Shown in pieces: positions 9,629-20,510 of a stretch of 64,000 nt of DNA. The position numbers and the translations under genes are program-made. Position 1 is the first letter of the stretch. Each line of letters begins with the position of its first letter. The stretch lies in contig NZ_JAQNDL010000002.1 in NCBI RefSeq assembly GCF_028368995.1, positions 1,440,001 to 1,504,000 on the forward strand, in the 5' to 3' direction. The notes below the pieces were generated by a model. The model was not told where the DNA came from and ran no database searches. It was given only the letters and a program-made list of their open reading frames with translations. Source of the stretch: Nannocystis bainbridge. Lineage in GTDB: Bacteria > Myxococcota_A > Polyangia > Nannocystales > Nannocystaceae.

Positions 9629-11014
9629 TCAGGGCGTCAGCTCGATCGCCAACACGTCACCGAAACCCTTGGCATAGACCAGGCGGTCCTTGCAGGCGGA
9701 CCCGAGGGACATGTTCTGCAGGAAGCCCGGCTGGGTCAGCAGGCGGCCGGGCGTGGCGGCGGCCTCGAGGCGGGCGGCGAGGTTGACCGTCTCGCCGATG
9801 ACGGTGTGCTCGAGGCGGGCGGGCGAGCCCATGTTGCCGTGGATCAGCGGGCCTGCGGCGACGCCGATCCGCAGCTCGAGCGGGTCGCCGCCCTCGGCCG
9901 CGATGCCGGCGTTGCAGGCCGGCAGCTCGGCCAGCATCGCCAGGCCGCAGCGCACGGCCGCGACCGCCAGCTCGGCGACCGGCTGCAGGCCGCGCGGGTC
10001 GATGAAGACGACCATGATGCCGTCGCCGAGCCGCTTGTCGATGATGCCGCCGTGGGCGAGGATGACGGCGTCCATGTGCTCGAAGTAGCGGTTGAGCTGG
10101 CGGACGACCGCGCCGGGCCCGAGCTCGCTGCAGCGGCGCGTGAAGTCCTTGAGGTCGGCGAACAGCACCGCGCCCTCGGTCACCCGCCCGCCGACCCGCA
10201 CCTCCTCCTCGGGGTTGATGCGGATGGCCTCGATGACGTGCGCCGGCAGGTAGTGGGCGAGCTTGCGCTGGGTCAGCTCGGCGTCGCGGCGCTCGAGCGC
10301 GGAGGCGTCGAGGCGGCGCAGCAGGTCGGGCAGGGTCGCGCGCACGTAGGCCCGCAGGCGCTGCAGCTCGGCGGCAGGGTCGTCGATGACCCGCTCGTCG
10401 TAGTAGATGTCGTAGGCGCAGTGGCGCACGCCCGGGTCGAGGTGGATGCACTCGCGGTGCTCGACCCGCGCCGGCGGCAGGCTCCAGATGGTCGGGATGG
10501 CCTCGAAGAAGCCGCGGCGGCTCCAGCAGGCGCCCGGGCGATCGGCGATCTCGTGCTCCATCACCGCGCGCACGCGGGCGACCCCGAACCGGCGATCGAC
10601 GAGCTGCATGCGGGTGATGCGGTTGCCGCGGGTGTACATGCGCTCGATGTCGCCGAAGAACTCGCCGGGGCCCTGCATCGCCCACAGCAGCAGCCACATC
10701 GGGCCCATGTCCTGGCGCTGCATCATCGCCGCCGAGGCGTCGCGCCAGTGGTTCCACAGCGGGTGATCGTAGGCCGGGGAGCTGTCGAGGCCGCACAGGT
10801 GACGGGCGGCGGAGTCGCACAGGCGGCGGTCGAACTCGACGGAGGTCCACCGCTCCGGGTCTTGCAGGTACTCGCGGCTGAGGCCCGCGCCCTCGACGAT
10901 CCGGTCGGCGACTTCTTCGCCGAAGCGCTCGCAGAAGTAGTGGACCAGCGTGAGCGCGAAGCGGTTGCTCAGGTGCGCCTTCGTCAACGCGGGGTCGTAG
11001 ACGCGCTCCGGCAC
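9629..11014 (-). CDS. Class III adenylate/guanylate cyclase with N-terminal sensor (V4R/H-NOX-like) domain
   Basis: VLFADLKDFT, DKRLGDG, LRIGV, HTVIGETVNLAARLE. Confidence 0.88.
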   Translation of the reverse strand: MPERVYDPALTKAHLSNRFALTLVHYFCERFGEEVADRIVEGAGLSREYLQDPERWTSVEFDRRLCDSAARHLCGLDSSPAYDHPLWNHWRDASAAMMQRQDMGPMWLLLWAMQGPGEFFGDIERMYTRGNRITRMQLVDRRFGVARVRAVMEHEIADRPGACWSRRGFFEAIPTIWSLPPARVEHRECIHLDPGVRHCAYDIYYDERVIDDPAAELQRLRAYVRATLPDLLRRLDASALERRDAELTQRKLAHYLPAHVIEAIRINPEEEVRVGGRVTEGAVLFADLKDFTRRCSELGPGAVVRQLNRYFEHMDAVILAHGGIIDKRLGDGIMVVFIDPRGLQPVAELAVAAVRCGLAMLAELPACNAGIAAEGGDPLELRIGVAAGPLIHGNMGSPARLEHTVIGETVNLAARLEAAATPGRLLTQPGFLQNMSLGSACKDRLVYAKGFGDVLAIELTP

Positions 11015-11126
11015 GCGACCCAGAGTACCGCGCCGTCGCGGCGCTGGCGAGGCTGGGCCCGCTGCAGGCGGCGCCGACGGCGAGCTGTCCCCGGGGACAT
11101 GTGCGTACTCGCCCTGAATGTGGGCG

Positions 11127-12983
11127 TCAGGGGTTCTGCGCGGTCACCCAGGCGCCGATGAAGCCCTCGGGTGGGACGCCGCAGTTGGTGCCCGCGTAGT
11201 TGGGGCCGTTGAAGCCGACGCGGAACACGACGCCCGCAGGGTTGACGAGCTTGACGCGGTAGGAGCGACCCGCGATGTAGGTCTTCTCCTTGGCGAAGGC
11301 GAGGGTGACGAGGAAGCGCTTCGACGCGCCGGCGTTGACCTGGGCGAACGCGCTGCCGGCGGCCGGACCGAGCACGCCGTTTGCGGGGAACGAGAACGGG
11401 TTGGCGGTGAGGTGCACGTACTGGTCGCCGACGCTGAACTCGGCGCCGCCGCTGTCCTGGTAGATCTTGGCGGACGAGACGTCGAAGGCGCTGCCGCCAC
11501 CCATGGTCTCGAGCGTGAGCGGGATCTTGTCGAGCCGCAGGGCGTCGCCGGTGTTGTTGGCGACGGTGAAGGCGAGGGTGGCGACCTCGCGGAAATCGAC
11601 GCCGTCGGGCGGCAGGAACCGCTTGTCGACCGGTGGGTCGTCGGTCTGGGTGAACACGACGCCGGCGTTGCAACTACCGCCCTTGGTGACGCCGCAGTTG
11701 CTAAGCGCGTTGAGCTCGCAGGTCTTGCTCGGGTTGCAGAACCATTGCTGGCAGCCCTGGAACACCCCGCACTCGCTGTTCACGGCGCACGGCATGAACA
11801 GCGGGCAGCGCTGGCCGGTGGCGGGATCGGCGGGCGCGGAGATGCAGGCTGCCTGCGGCGCGACGCACAGGCCGGCCTCGCACTCGCCAGTCAGGCAGTC
11901 GGCGTCGATCTGGCAGTCGTCGCCAGCCTGGCACTTGGGACAGGTAGGGCCGCCGCAGTCGACGTCGGTCTCCTGGCCGTTCTCGAGGCCGTCGTTGCAT
12001 TTCGGCGGCTGGCAGACCTGGCCGGTGCACACGCCGCTCGAGCAGTCGGCGCCGGTCTGGCAGCTTTCGCCGTCCTGGCACTTGGGACAGGTGGGGCCGC
12101 CGCAGTCGACGTCGGTCTCCTGGCCGTTGAGCTTGGCGTCGCCGCAGTTCGGGCTCTGACAGAGCTGGAGGGTGCAGACCTGGCTCTGGCAGTCGAGGTC
12201 GTCGTCGCAGCCGTCGCCGGCGCCGCACGGCGGGCAATCACCGCCGCAGTCGACGTCGGACTCGCTGCCGTTGGCGACCCCGTCGTCGCAGGCGGCGGCC
12301 TGACAGACCTGGCCGGTGCACACGCCGCTGGCGCAGTCGCCGTCGTCCTCACAGTCGCTATCGGGGGCGCACGGCGAGCACACCGGGCCGCCGCAGTCGA
12401 GGTCGGTCTCCATGCCGTTTTTGGCCCCGTCGTCGCAGGTCGGCGGGACGCAGTGCTGGGCGACGCAGAGCTGTCCCATGGGACAGTCGAGGGCCACGAG
12501 GCAGTCGACGCAGGTGCCCTCGCCGTCGCACACGCCGGCCGCACAGGTGGCGCCGGGTGGGAGGGAAACTTCGTCGCACACGCCGAGCTCGCAGGCGGGC
12601 GCGTGGCACTCGGAGGCCTCGTCAGGGCAGTCCGAGGCGTCCTGGCAGCCGCCCGGACCGGTGGTCGAGGTGGTGTCGAGCGTGGTGTCGCCGGAGGTCG
12701 TGTCGGAAGTGGTGGCGGTGCCGTCGGTGGCCGGGCCGGTCGTGGAGGTCGTGGTCTCGCCGCCGGTGGTCGGCGTGACGGTGTCGCTGGAGGTGCCGCT
12801 CAGCGAGTCCGAGGCGCCGGTGGCCGGGTCGGCGGCGTTGCTGGTCGTCGGGACATGTCCGGAAGTGCTGGTCGTCGTGGTGCCGGTGCCGCTCGCGGTG
12901 CCGCCGTCGGTGGAGGTGGAAGTGGCGTCGCCACAGGCGACGAGGAGGGCGAGGACGAGGGCAGGAGAGAGCCGGGGCGACAT
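11127..12983 (-). CDS. Cys-rich lipoprotein with Thr stalk and four (E)TDVDCGG repeats
   Basis: Lipobox LVAC; repeats of CxDGxxNGxE(T/S)D(V/L)DCGG; 147-bp internal duplication (11931 vs 12078). Confidence 0.8.
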   Translation of the reverse strand: MSPRLSPALVLALLVACGDATSTSTDGGTASGTGTTTTSTSGHVPTTSNAADPATGASDSLSGTSSDTVTPTTGGETTTSTTGPATDGTATTSDTTSGDTTLDTTSTTGPGGCQDASDCPDEASECHAPACELGVCDEVSLPPGATCAAGVCDGEGTCVDCLVALDCPMGQLCVAQHCVPPTCDDGAKNGMETDLDCGGPVCSPCAPDSDCEDDGDCASGVCTGQVCQAAACDDGVANGSESDVDCGGDCPPCGAGDGCDDDLDCQSQVCTLQLCQSPNCGDAKLNGQETDVDCGGPTCPKCQDGESCQTGADCSSGVCTGQVCQPPKCNDGLENGQETDVDCGGPTCPKCQAGDDCQIDADCLTGECEAGLCVAPQAACISAPADPATGQRCPLFMPCAVNSECGVFQGCQQWFCNPSKTCELNALSNCGVTKGGSCNAGVVFTQTDDPPVDKRFLPPDGVDFREVATLAFTVANNTGDALRLDKIPLTLETMGGGSAFDVSSAKIYQDSGGAEFSVGDQYVHLTANPFSFPANGVLGPAAGSAFAQVNAGASKRFLVTLAFAKEKTYIAGRSYRVKLVNPAGVVFRVGFNGPNYAGTNCGVPPEGFIGAWVTAQNP

Positions 12984-13612
12984 CGAGGTTCGACGCTACT
13001 GCCTGGACCCGCGGCCGCGGAGACCCGCGCATTTGTCCTGCATCACGCGCGGCGGCCCCGCGCCGATACGCGCCCACCCGCGCCCGCGCGCCGGGGTCGC
13101 GGCGGGGCGCGATCGTGCTCGCATCGGGCTGTCCTTCGGGACATGTCCGCGGCGGCGTGAGATCGACCGCGCGCGGCGGGGGAGGTCCGGATGGCCTTCA
13201 GGACATGTCGTGGCGGACAGCATGCGGAAGGGTCCCGGGGTCGGGCCGCGGCTGGCGTGGCGCATCGAGACCTGGACACAGAGACTCGCGGCAGTCCGTG
13301 GAATTTCCGAGGTGCGCCGGAGCCGCGAGCGCTCGCGGCCTTTCTGCGAGATGTCCTTCGGGACAGCCTCGAGGGCCGACCGGCGAGGGGCGCGAAACAT
13401 CGCGGCGGACGCGCGGGACCTCGCTCGGACCACGATCGAGATCGGCTCCCCGTCGCCGACGTCGCTCGAGCTCTCACGTCGTGCGAGCGTGTGTGCGTCA
13501 CGCATGTCGGCGGTCGACGCGTGGCGCTCTCGCATGTCGGCGCTCGCGCGACCCGCCGAGCTCACGAGGATGCGCGCCGATCGGCGCCGGCGTCCTCGAT
13601 GGTGGGCCGACG

Positions 13613-14215
13613 CTAGACGCGTTCGGGCAGGGCCGCGGGGCTGCGCAGGGCCGAGACGGCCTGCAGCAGCCACACGAGGACGAAGCAGCTGCCGAGGCCG
13701 AGGCCGACGGCGGCGGGCCCGAGCGGCAGCAACAGCGCCAGGATCGCGGCGGCAGCGATCCACGCGTGCCGCAGGGCTCGCGCGGCGCGGGCGGTGCGGC
13801 CGAGGGCGCGGACCAGCGTCGCCAGCTGGGCCTCGTCCTCGGGCTGCAGCGGCGCCTGGGTGCGCGCGGGCAGCGAGCGATGGTTGTACCAGAGCAGGCG
13901 GGTGGCGATCTGATGCAGGCGGGCCAGCTCGACCACCGGCTCGGCCTCGCTGGCGGCGATGACCGAGGGCGTGTGGCTGAAGACGCCGGGCACGAACACG
14001 CGGGCGCGGTTGAGCGCGTTGACGGCCTCGGCGAGGAAGCTGCGGGCCTGGGCCGCGGCGCGCTCCGGGTTGTCCTCGGCGTCCTGACTCTCCAGGGTCA
14101 GCAGCGCGAGGTGGAGGGCGTCGCAGGCCTCCCCCAGCGGGCGCTGCGCGGCCGGAACCAGCGACTCCGCGTCGGGTTCGCAGCGGCGATACGCGCTCAT
14201 CTGGGGCGGGGCCAT
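13613..14215 (-). CDS. Hypothetical membrane protein (two C-terminal TM helices)
   Basis: Coding-like GC3 pattern and hydrophobic C-terminus; start codon uncertain. Confidence 0.6.
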   Translation of the reverse strand: MAPPQMSAYRRCEPDAESLVPAAQRPLGEACDALHLALLTLESQDAEDNPERAAAQARSFLAEAVNALNRARVFVPGVFSHTPSVIAASEAEPVVELARLHQIATRLLWYNHRSLPARTQAPLQPEDEAQLATLVRALGRTARAARALRHAWIAAAAILALLLPLGPAAVGLGLGSCFVLVWLLQAVSALRSPAALPERV

Positions 14216-14301
14216 CACCCTTTCAGCATAGCGGACGGCGGTGCGCGGGCCAGGGAGGGCGAGGGCGCGGCGGTCTCGGCTGTGATCGCGGCCGCCGGGC
14301 C

Positions 14302-15237
14302 TCAGCTGTCCTTCGGGACATCCGGCTCGCTGGCTCGGCCGGCGCGCGCGCGCGCCTTGGCCTCGTCCCACCAGCCGTCGAGGCGCTCGAGACCCGCGGC
14401 CTCGGGCTCGATGCCGGCGGCGTGGCAGCGCTCCATCACGAAGGCGAAGCGCGACTCGAACTTGGCGCAGGTGGCCCGCAGCGCGTCCTCGGCGGCGATG
14501 CCGAGCTTCTGGCCGTAGCGGACCAGGACGAACAGCAGGTCGCCGAACTCCTCCTCGATCGCCTTGGGCTCACCCTCGGCCCGCGCTCGCTCGAGCTCTT
14601 CCCACTCCTCGCGGATCTTGTCGACCGGGCCCTGGATGGTCGGCCAGTCGAAGCCGACGGCGGCGGCCTTGTCCTGCAGCCGCCACGCGCGCTGCAGCGC
14701 CGGCAACGAGCGGGGGACGCCGGCGAGCGGTCGAGCCGGGCCGCGTTCTGTCCCTTCGGACATGTTCTCGGCGCGCTTGAGCTGGGCCCACTGGCGCGCG
14801 ACGTCGTCGGCGTCGAGCGGCGCATCATCCGCGGAGCCGGCCGCGGGCGCGAACACGTGCGGGTGGCGACGGATCATTTTGTCGCGGATGGCCGCGATCA
14901 CGCCCTCGAGATCGAAGGCGCCTTCGCGCTCGCGCAGGGCCGACTGGAAGACGATCTGGAACAGGAGATCGCCGAGCTCGCGGCGGTGCGCCTCGGGGTC
15001 GTCCAGAGCGTCGAGGACCTCGTAGGCCTCTTCGATGAGGTAGGGCCGCAGGGTGTCGAGGGTCTGGGCGCGGTCCCATGGGCAGCCGCCCGGGTCGGCG
15101 AGCAGCCGGTCCATGAGGTCGCGCAGGCCGGCGAGGCCGTCGCGTAGGCCGTGGGCGCGGTGACCCTGCGCAGCGGGCTCGTCCGCGCCCGTCGGTGCGT
15201 CCGCCTTTGCCTCCGAAGAGTCGCGTGGTAGCTTCAC
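14302..15237 (-). CDS. mazG: Nucleoside triphosphate pyrophosphohydrolase MazG
   Basis: GGCPWDRAQT, EEAYE, ELGDLLFQ, KMIRRHPHVF, GFDW, EEFGDLLF. Confidence 0.93.
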   Translation of the reverse strand: MKLPRDSSEAKADAPTGADEPAAQGHRAHGLRDGLAGLRDLMDRLLADPGGCPWDRAQTLDTLRPYLIEEAYEVLDALDDPEAHRRELGDLLFQIVFQSALREREGAFDLEGVIAAIRDKMIRRHPHVFAPAAGSADDAPLDADDVARQWAQLKRAENMSEGTERGPARPLAGVPRSLPALQRAWRLQDKAAAVGFDWPTIQGPVDKIREEWEELERARAEGEPKAIEEEFGDLLFVLVRYGQKLGIAAEDALRATCAKFESRFAFVMERCHAAGIEPEAAGLERLDGWWDEAKARARAGRASEPDVPKDS

Positions 15238-15279
15238 GGGCAGCCCATTACCACGGGCGGCTCACGCCTGAACCCCCCA

Positions 15280-16353
15280 GTGACGATCCGACTCAGCTTC
15301 GAAGATCAGGTCCCGCTCCAGCTCGTCCTCGGCTCGGTCGGCGGTCAAGCGATGGAGGAATTGCAGCGAGCGGCGGGGGTGACGCTCCACGTCCGCGGCG
15401 GCGACGTCACCATCGAGGGAGACGACGGCTCGGCCGCGCTGGTCGAGCGCCTGCTCCGCCAGATGGTGGCGATGGCCCGCGCCGGCACGCCGATCCATCC
15501 GGGCGACTTGCCGCGCGCGCTCGAGGTCATGCGCAGCGAGCCGCGGGTCGACCTGCGCTCGCTGTTCGACGACACCCTGATCGCCCGCAGCGGCAGCGGC
15601 CGGCCGATCGCTCCGCGCAGCCTGGCGCAGAAGCAGTACGTCGACAGCCTGCGGCGCTTCGACCTGACCTTCGGCGTCGGGCCCGCCGGCACCGGTAAGA
15701 CGTACCTCGCGGTGGCGATGGGCGTGCGCATGCTGCTCGACAAGCGGGTGCGCCGGATCATCCTCGCCCGCCCGGCGATCGAGGCCGGCGAGAGCCTCGG
15801 CTTCCTGCCCGGCACGTACGAGGAGAAGGTCAGCCCGTACATGCGGCCGCTCTACGACGCCCTGCACGACATGCTCGACGTGCAGAAGGTGATGCGGATG
15901 ATGGAGCAGGGCATCATCGAGATCGCGCCGCTGGCGTACATGCGCGGGCGGACGCTCAGCGAGACGTTCGTGATCCTCGACGAGGCGCAGAACACCACGC
16001 CCGAGCAGATGAAGATGTTCCTGACGCGCATCGGCGCCGGCACGCGCGCGGTCGTCACCGGCGACCCGACCCAGAACGACCTGCCGTACGGCCGGCGCAG
16101 CGGCCTCGGTCACGCGCTGCGGGTGCTCCGCGGGGTCGAGGGCATCGCGTTCTGCAGCTTCTCGCACACCGACGTGATGCGCCACCAGCTGGTGCAGCGC
16201 ATCATCCTCGCCTACGACCGCGAGGACCAGCGCCGCCGCGCGACGGGCCCGGGCAAGCCGACGCGGTCCGGCGACGGCCGCCGCGACGACGACCTCCGCC
16301 GCGACGGCGATTCCTTGCAGGACGAAGAAGGGCCCGGCGACGGCCGGGCCTGA
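15280..16353 (+). CDS. phoH: PhoH family ATPase
   Basis: [38 protein letters not shown]. Confidence 0.93.
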   Translation: MTIRLSFEDQVPLQLVLGSVGGQAMEELQRAAGVTLHVRGGDVTIEGDDGSAALVERLLRQMVAMARAGTPIHPGDLPRALEVMRSEPRVDLRSLFDDTLIARSGSGRPIAPRSLAQKQYVDSLRRFDLTFGVGPAGTGKTYLAVAMGVRMLLDKRVRRIILARPAIEAGESLGFLPGTYEEKVSPYMRPLYDALHDMLDVQKVMRMMEQGIIEIAPLAYMRGRTLSETFVILDEAQNTTPEQMKMFLTRIGAGTRAVVTGDPTQNDLPYGRRSGLGHALRVLRGVEGIAFCSFSHTDVMRHQLVQRIILAYDREDQRRRATGPGKPTRSGDGRRDDDLRRDGDSLQDEEGPGDGRA

Positions 16354-16568
16354 GCGACGCCCGAGCTGACACGCCGGGGCCGTCGCACTCGCGGGGGCAG
16401 GCTCGGCGTGTCGCCGCCTGAACGAGTGACTCGGAAGGCGAGTGATTTGCGGATGCTCGCGCTCCGCGGCGCGAGGGTCGGGCGTCACGCCTGTGAGCCC
16501 AGTTCCGGGGATGCAGTCGCGTCGCCGTGCGCCCGGCTCTGGTTCTTTCGTCGCGGCCGCCTTCGCAT

Positions 16569-16786
16569 CCGCGGCTGCCCCTCGCAGCCCGCGGCGCGAA
16601 TGACCGGTCCGCGGCTGCCCCTCGCAGCCCGCGGCGCGAATGACCGGCCCGCGGGGCTGCCCCTCGCAGCCCGCGGCGCGAATGACCGGCCCGCAGCGCG
16701 AACGACCGGTCCGCGGCGAACGAGCTGCCCGCGGCGTGGACGACCGGTCCGCGGCGAGTGAGCTGTCCGCGGCGAGGACGACCGGC
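16569..16786. repeat. Tandem 40-bp GC-rich repeat (3 copies) decaying into ~19-20 bp CCGCGGCG...GACCGG units
   Basis: CCGCGGCTGCCCCTCGCAGCCCGCGGCGCGAATGACCGG at 16569, 16609 and ~16649. Confidence 0.8.
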
Positions 16787-16951
16787 GCGTGAGCCAAGGG
16801 GCAAAGCGGCGGGCCTCGCATGACTTCGGCTTCATCCGGACAGTCGTCTCGCGCAGGAGGTGAGCGTGACGGTCGCTCCAGACCCCGGAGCGGGTCACGG
16901 ACGCGTCGCGGTTTTGAGTGGATCGGCTCGCGGGCGTTCGAGTAGTGTGAC

Positions 16952-18283
16952 GTGGTGAAGTACGCCTGTCGTCTCGCTGTCACATTGCCGCGGCCTGCGG
17001 GCCTCCTCGCCCTCCTCTTCGCCGTCGGTCTGCCGGCGTGTGGCGAGACCGAGGACGCCAGCGCGACCGCGCCGACCAGCGAGGGCAGCAGCAGCGACAC
17101 GAGCGGCGGCACGATCGGCACCGGCGACCCCGATCCGACCACTACCGACGGGCAGGTCACCGAGACGGGCGGCAGCGAGGGCGCGACCGAGGGGTCGACG
17201 ACCGCGCCGACCACCGGCGACGAGACGACGAGCACGACGGGCACGACGAGCACCACCAGCCCGGTGACCTCGACCGACGGCACGACCACGACGACCTCGA
17301 CGACCACGGACACCACCGGCGAGGACACCACCGGCACCACCGGCGAGCCGTCCGACTCCGACTGTCTGCTCGCGGGCTTCGCCGACCCCGACAACGCGCT
17401 CAAGCTCGATTATGATCAGTTCGGCCCGGTCATCGGCTCGCACTGCAAGGGCACCAACCACCAGGACATCACCGACATCGAGCGCGTGGTGTTCCTCGGC
17501 GACTCGGTCACCGTCGGCACCCCGCCGGCGCTCGGCGACGACTACTACCGCTCCAAGCTGGCCGACGTGCTGGTCGACCGCTTCGGCCTGACCCCGCCGA
17601 ATCCGCTGTGGAAGCAGGTCAACCCGATCGACGGCGTGGCTCTGGTCAAGGAGTCGGGCGACTTCGTGTCGTGCTCGAAGTGGGGCGCGCGCACCGATGA
17701 CTTCCTGCCGCCCGGCAACCAGGTCAACGATTGCTTCCCGCCGGACATGTTCGACAAGCGCACGCTCGTCATCACCACGATGGGCGGCAACGACATCGCC
17801 GCGATCGCCAAGGACGGGGCCAACGGCACCCCGCTCGACGAGGTCAAGGCCAACGCCGCCGAGGCGGCCGACCTGCTGCGGCAGACGGCCCACTGGTTCG
17901 TCGACGACCCGGCCAAGTTCCCCAACGGCGTGTTCCTGGTGTTCGCCAACGCCTACGAGTTCACCGACGGCACCGCCGACCTCATGGCCTGCCCGGCGGC
18001 GGGGCTCGGCGGGTTCGACAAGCCGTGGGCGAACCCGGCCGACCTCATCGACGTGATGGTCGGCTTCAACGAGCAGTTCATGAGCGTCGCCGTCGAGACC
18101 GGCACCGACATGATCTTCATGCTCGAGACCTTCTGCGGCCACGGCTTCAAGGCCGGCGACCCGAGCGCCCCGTGTTACCGCGGCCCGGGCCAGCAGAACT
18201 GGTTCGACCTCACCTGCATCCACCCCACCGGGCAAGGCCACTCGGTCATCGCCGACCTCTTCACGGCCGTGATCGACGAGTAG
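16952..18283 (+). CDS. SGNH/GDSL hydrolase lipoprotein with Thr-rich stalk
   Basis: Lipobox LPAC, FLGDSV, MGGND, DLTCIHP. Confidence 0.85.
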   Translation: MVKYACRLAVTLPRPAGLLALLFAVGLPACGETEDASATAPTSEGSSSDTSGGTIGTGDPDPTTTDGQVTETGGSEGATEGSTTAPTTGDETTSTTGTTSTTSPVTSTDGTTTTTSTTTDTTGEDTTGTTGEPSDSDCLLAGFADPDNALKLDYDQFGPVIGSHCKGTNHQDITDIERVVFLGDSVTVGTPPALGDDYYRSKLADVLVDRFGLTPPNPLWKQVNPIDGVALVKESGDFVSCSKWGARTDDFLPPGNQVNDCFPPDMFDKRTLVITTMGGNDIAAIAKDGANGTPLDEVKANAAEAADLLRQTAHWFVDDPAKFPNGVFLVFANAYEFTDGTADLMACPAAGLGGFDKPWANPADLIDVMVGFNEQFMSVAVETGTDMIFMLETFCGHGFKAGDPSAPCYRGPGQQNWFDLTCIHPTGQGHSVIADLFTAVIDE

Positions 18284-18493
18284 CGCGTTCGCCGCAAATG
18301 TGCGCGGCGGACGACGCGCGAAGCCGCGCGCCGAGCGTTTTCGCGCCCGGCCGTGCCGACGCGTCCGGTCACGCGTACCGCCGCGCATCGCTCGCCGGGG
18401 CCGCCGGGAGGGTTTGCGGCGGGCCAGGCGGGGTTGCTTGCCTTGGGATCGGGGCACGGCTATGCGTGCAAAGCTCTTCCCCCGGACACCCCA

Positions 18494-20233
18494 ATGACCG
18501 CCGTATCGCGTCTTTCGCCGCCCTACAACCCGAATCAACCCTTACCGGACCCCGAGGCCGTGCTCGAGGTGCTGCAGCGGGAGCTCAAGCGGTCGATGGG
18601 CGGGCTGGTGGTGCCCGGCTCGCCGCGGCCGTACTTCATGCAGTACTCGCTGCGCCGGGTCCACGCGCTGCGCCTGCGGGCGGCCCACGGGGCCCTGCTG
18701 CGCTCGCGCGAGACCACGGCCGGCCAGCTCTGGGCCGATGTCCGGGTCGGCAGCCACAAGTTCGACAACGTCATCGACGGCGGCCTCGGCGACCGCTCGG
18801 AGGAGCGGGAGAGCAGCGACTGGGTCGACGCCCCGGACGACCTCAACCTGCAGGCGCTCCAGATCGGGCTGTGGAAGCTGACCCAGATCAAGTTCGACGA
18901 GGCGCTGGAGGACTACTACGAGCACCGCAAGGCGACCGTCAGCGAGTACCTGCGCGACGAGATCAGCTCCTTTACGCGCGAGCGCCCGGTCGTCCACAAG
19001 GAAGAGCTGCACCACGACCCGTTCCCGCGGGCCCACTGGGAGAAGACGCTGGTCGAGCTGTCGCGGCGGTTCCTCGACCACCCGGAGGTGTTCGACCCGA
19101 GCATCACGCTGTCGGCCGAGCGGGTCCACCGCTGGCTGGTGACCAGCGAGGGGACAGCGGTCATCACCGAGGACGTGTTCGTCCAGCTCGGCATCGAGGG
19201 CTGGGTCCTGACCGAGGACGGCGTGTACGTCGAGGGCTCGCGCCAGCTGTACCTGCGGGCGGTCGACGAGGTGCCCGAGCGCGCGCACCTCGAGCGGCTG
19301 CTGGCCGACGTGCTCGAGGAGCTCGGGGCGCTGCGGGCGGCCGACAGCCCGGGGGCCTTCATCGGCCCGGCGCTGCTGTCGGGCCAGGCCGCGAGCACGC
19401 TGTTCCACGAGGCATTGGGCCACCGCCTCGAGGGCGAGCGGCTGACCGCCCGCGGCGAGAGCAAGACGTTCGCCCGCATGCGCGGCGAGCGGATCCTGCC
19501 CCGCGGGCTGCACGTGTTCGACGACCCGACCCTGACGCACTGCGGCCGCGAGCCGCTGTGGGGCCACTACCGCGTCGACGACGAGGGCGTGGCGGCCCGG
19601 CGCACGCTGCTGGTCGACGACGGGGTGCTGAAGGGCTTCTTGCAGAGCCGCAGCCCGATCCCCGGCAGCGACCACTCGAACGGCCACGGGCGCCACGACG
19701 GCAACGAGCGGCCGATGGCGCGCATGGGCACGCTGGTAGTCGAGGGCGCCCCGGGCTCGGGCGAGTCGTGGGACGCGCTGCGGACCCGCCTGATCGAGCT
19801 GGCGCGGGCCCAGGGCCGCCGCCACGGGGTCATCATCCAGCGCGTCCTGGCCGGCGAGACTTCGACCTCGGACTACGACTTCCAGGCCTTCAAGGGCAGC
19901 CTGGCCGAGGTCTATCTGGTCGACGCCCAGACCGGCAAGGTCCGCCGGATCCGCGACGTCGAGCTGATCGGCACGCCCCTGGCGGCCCTGCAGAAGATCA
20001 CCGCGTTCGGCCGCGACCGCGAGACCGACCAGGGCTTCTGCTACGCCGAGAGCGGGTCGATCCCGGTCAGCGGGATCGCGCCGCCGATCCTGCTGTCGGA
20101 GCTGGAGCTGCAGCAGAGCAGCACGACCGGCTACCACGACCCGCTGCTGCCGCCGCCGTTCGCCGACGATGGCTCGCGCGGGCGCAAGGGCGGGCTGCGC
20201 GAGCGCGGCAAGCGGAAGAAGCCGCTGAACTGA
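18494..20233 (+). CDS. TldD/PmbA family metalloprotease
   Basis: FHEALGHRLEGE, DDPT, VDDEG, SNGHGR, PMARMG, GFC. Confidence 0.85.
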   Translation: MTAVSRLSPPYNPNQPLPDPEAVLEVLQRELKRSMGGLVVPGSPRPYFMQYSLRRVHALRLRAAHGALLRSRETTAGQLWADVRVGSHKFDNVIDGGLGDRSEERESSDWVDAPDDLNLQALQIGLWKLTQIKFDEALEDYYEHRKATVSEYLRDEISSFTRERPVVHKEELHHDPFPRAHWEKTLVELSRRFLDHPEVFDPSITLSAERVHRWLVTSEGTAVITEDVFVQLGIEGWVLTEDGVYVEGSRQLYLRAVDEVPERAHLERLLADVLEELGALRAADSPGAFIGPALLSGQAASTLFHEALGHRLEGERLTARGESKTFARMRGERILPRGLHVFDDPTLTHCGREPLWGHYRVDDEGVAARRTLLVDDGVLKGFLQSRSPIPGSDHSNGHGRHDGNERPMARMGTLVVEGAPGSGESWDALRTRLIELARAQGRRHGVIIQRVLAGETSTSDYDFQAFKGSLAEVYLVDAQTGKVRRIRDVELIGTPLAALQKITAFGRDRETDQGFCYAESGSIPVSGIAPPILLSELELQQSSTTGYHDPLLPPPFADDGSRGRKGGLRERGKRKKPLN

Positions 20234-20510
20234 CGGGCCGGGCGCTCGGGCCGCCGGGAGCGCGGTAGCGACCGGGGCTCCGCTGCCGACCGCCCGGATC
20301 GTCAGGCCCGCGGCGGGCGGCGCAAGCGAGGCCGCTCGAGGATGCTCGGGGCGCTGTCGACGCCCGGATCGCCAGGTCCGCGGCGGGCTGCTTCAGGGGG
20401 CGCCCCGCTCGCGTGCTCGCGGGCGCGCCCCGTGACGGCGTCTGCCGGGCCCGGCAGGCCTTGACGAACTCCTGTTGCCGGCGGCGGCCGCCTCTGCGAG
20501 CCTCGAAGCG

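Noticed and set aside
12851-12861. GGACATGTCC junction matching the eukaryotic p53 half-site RRRCWWGYYY
   Set aside because: Coincidental: no p53-like factor is expected in bacteria, and isolated copies point to TGTCC-N4-GGACA as the basic unit.
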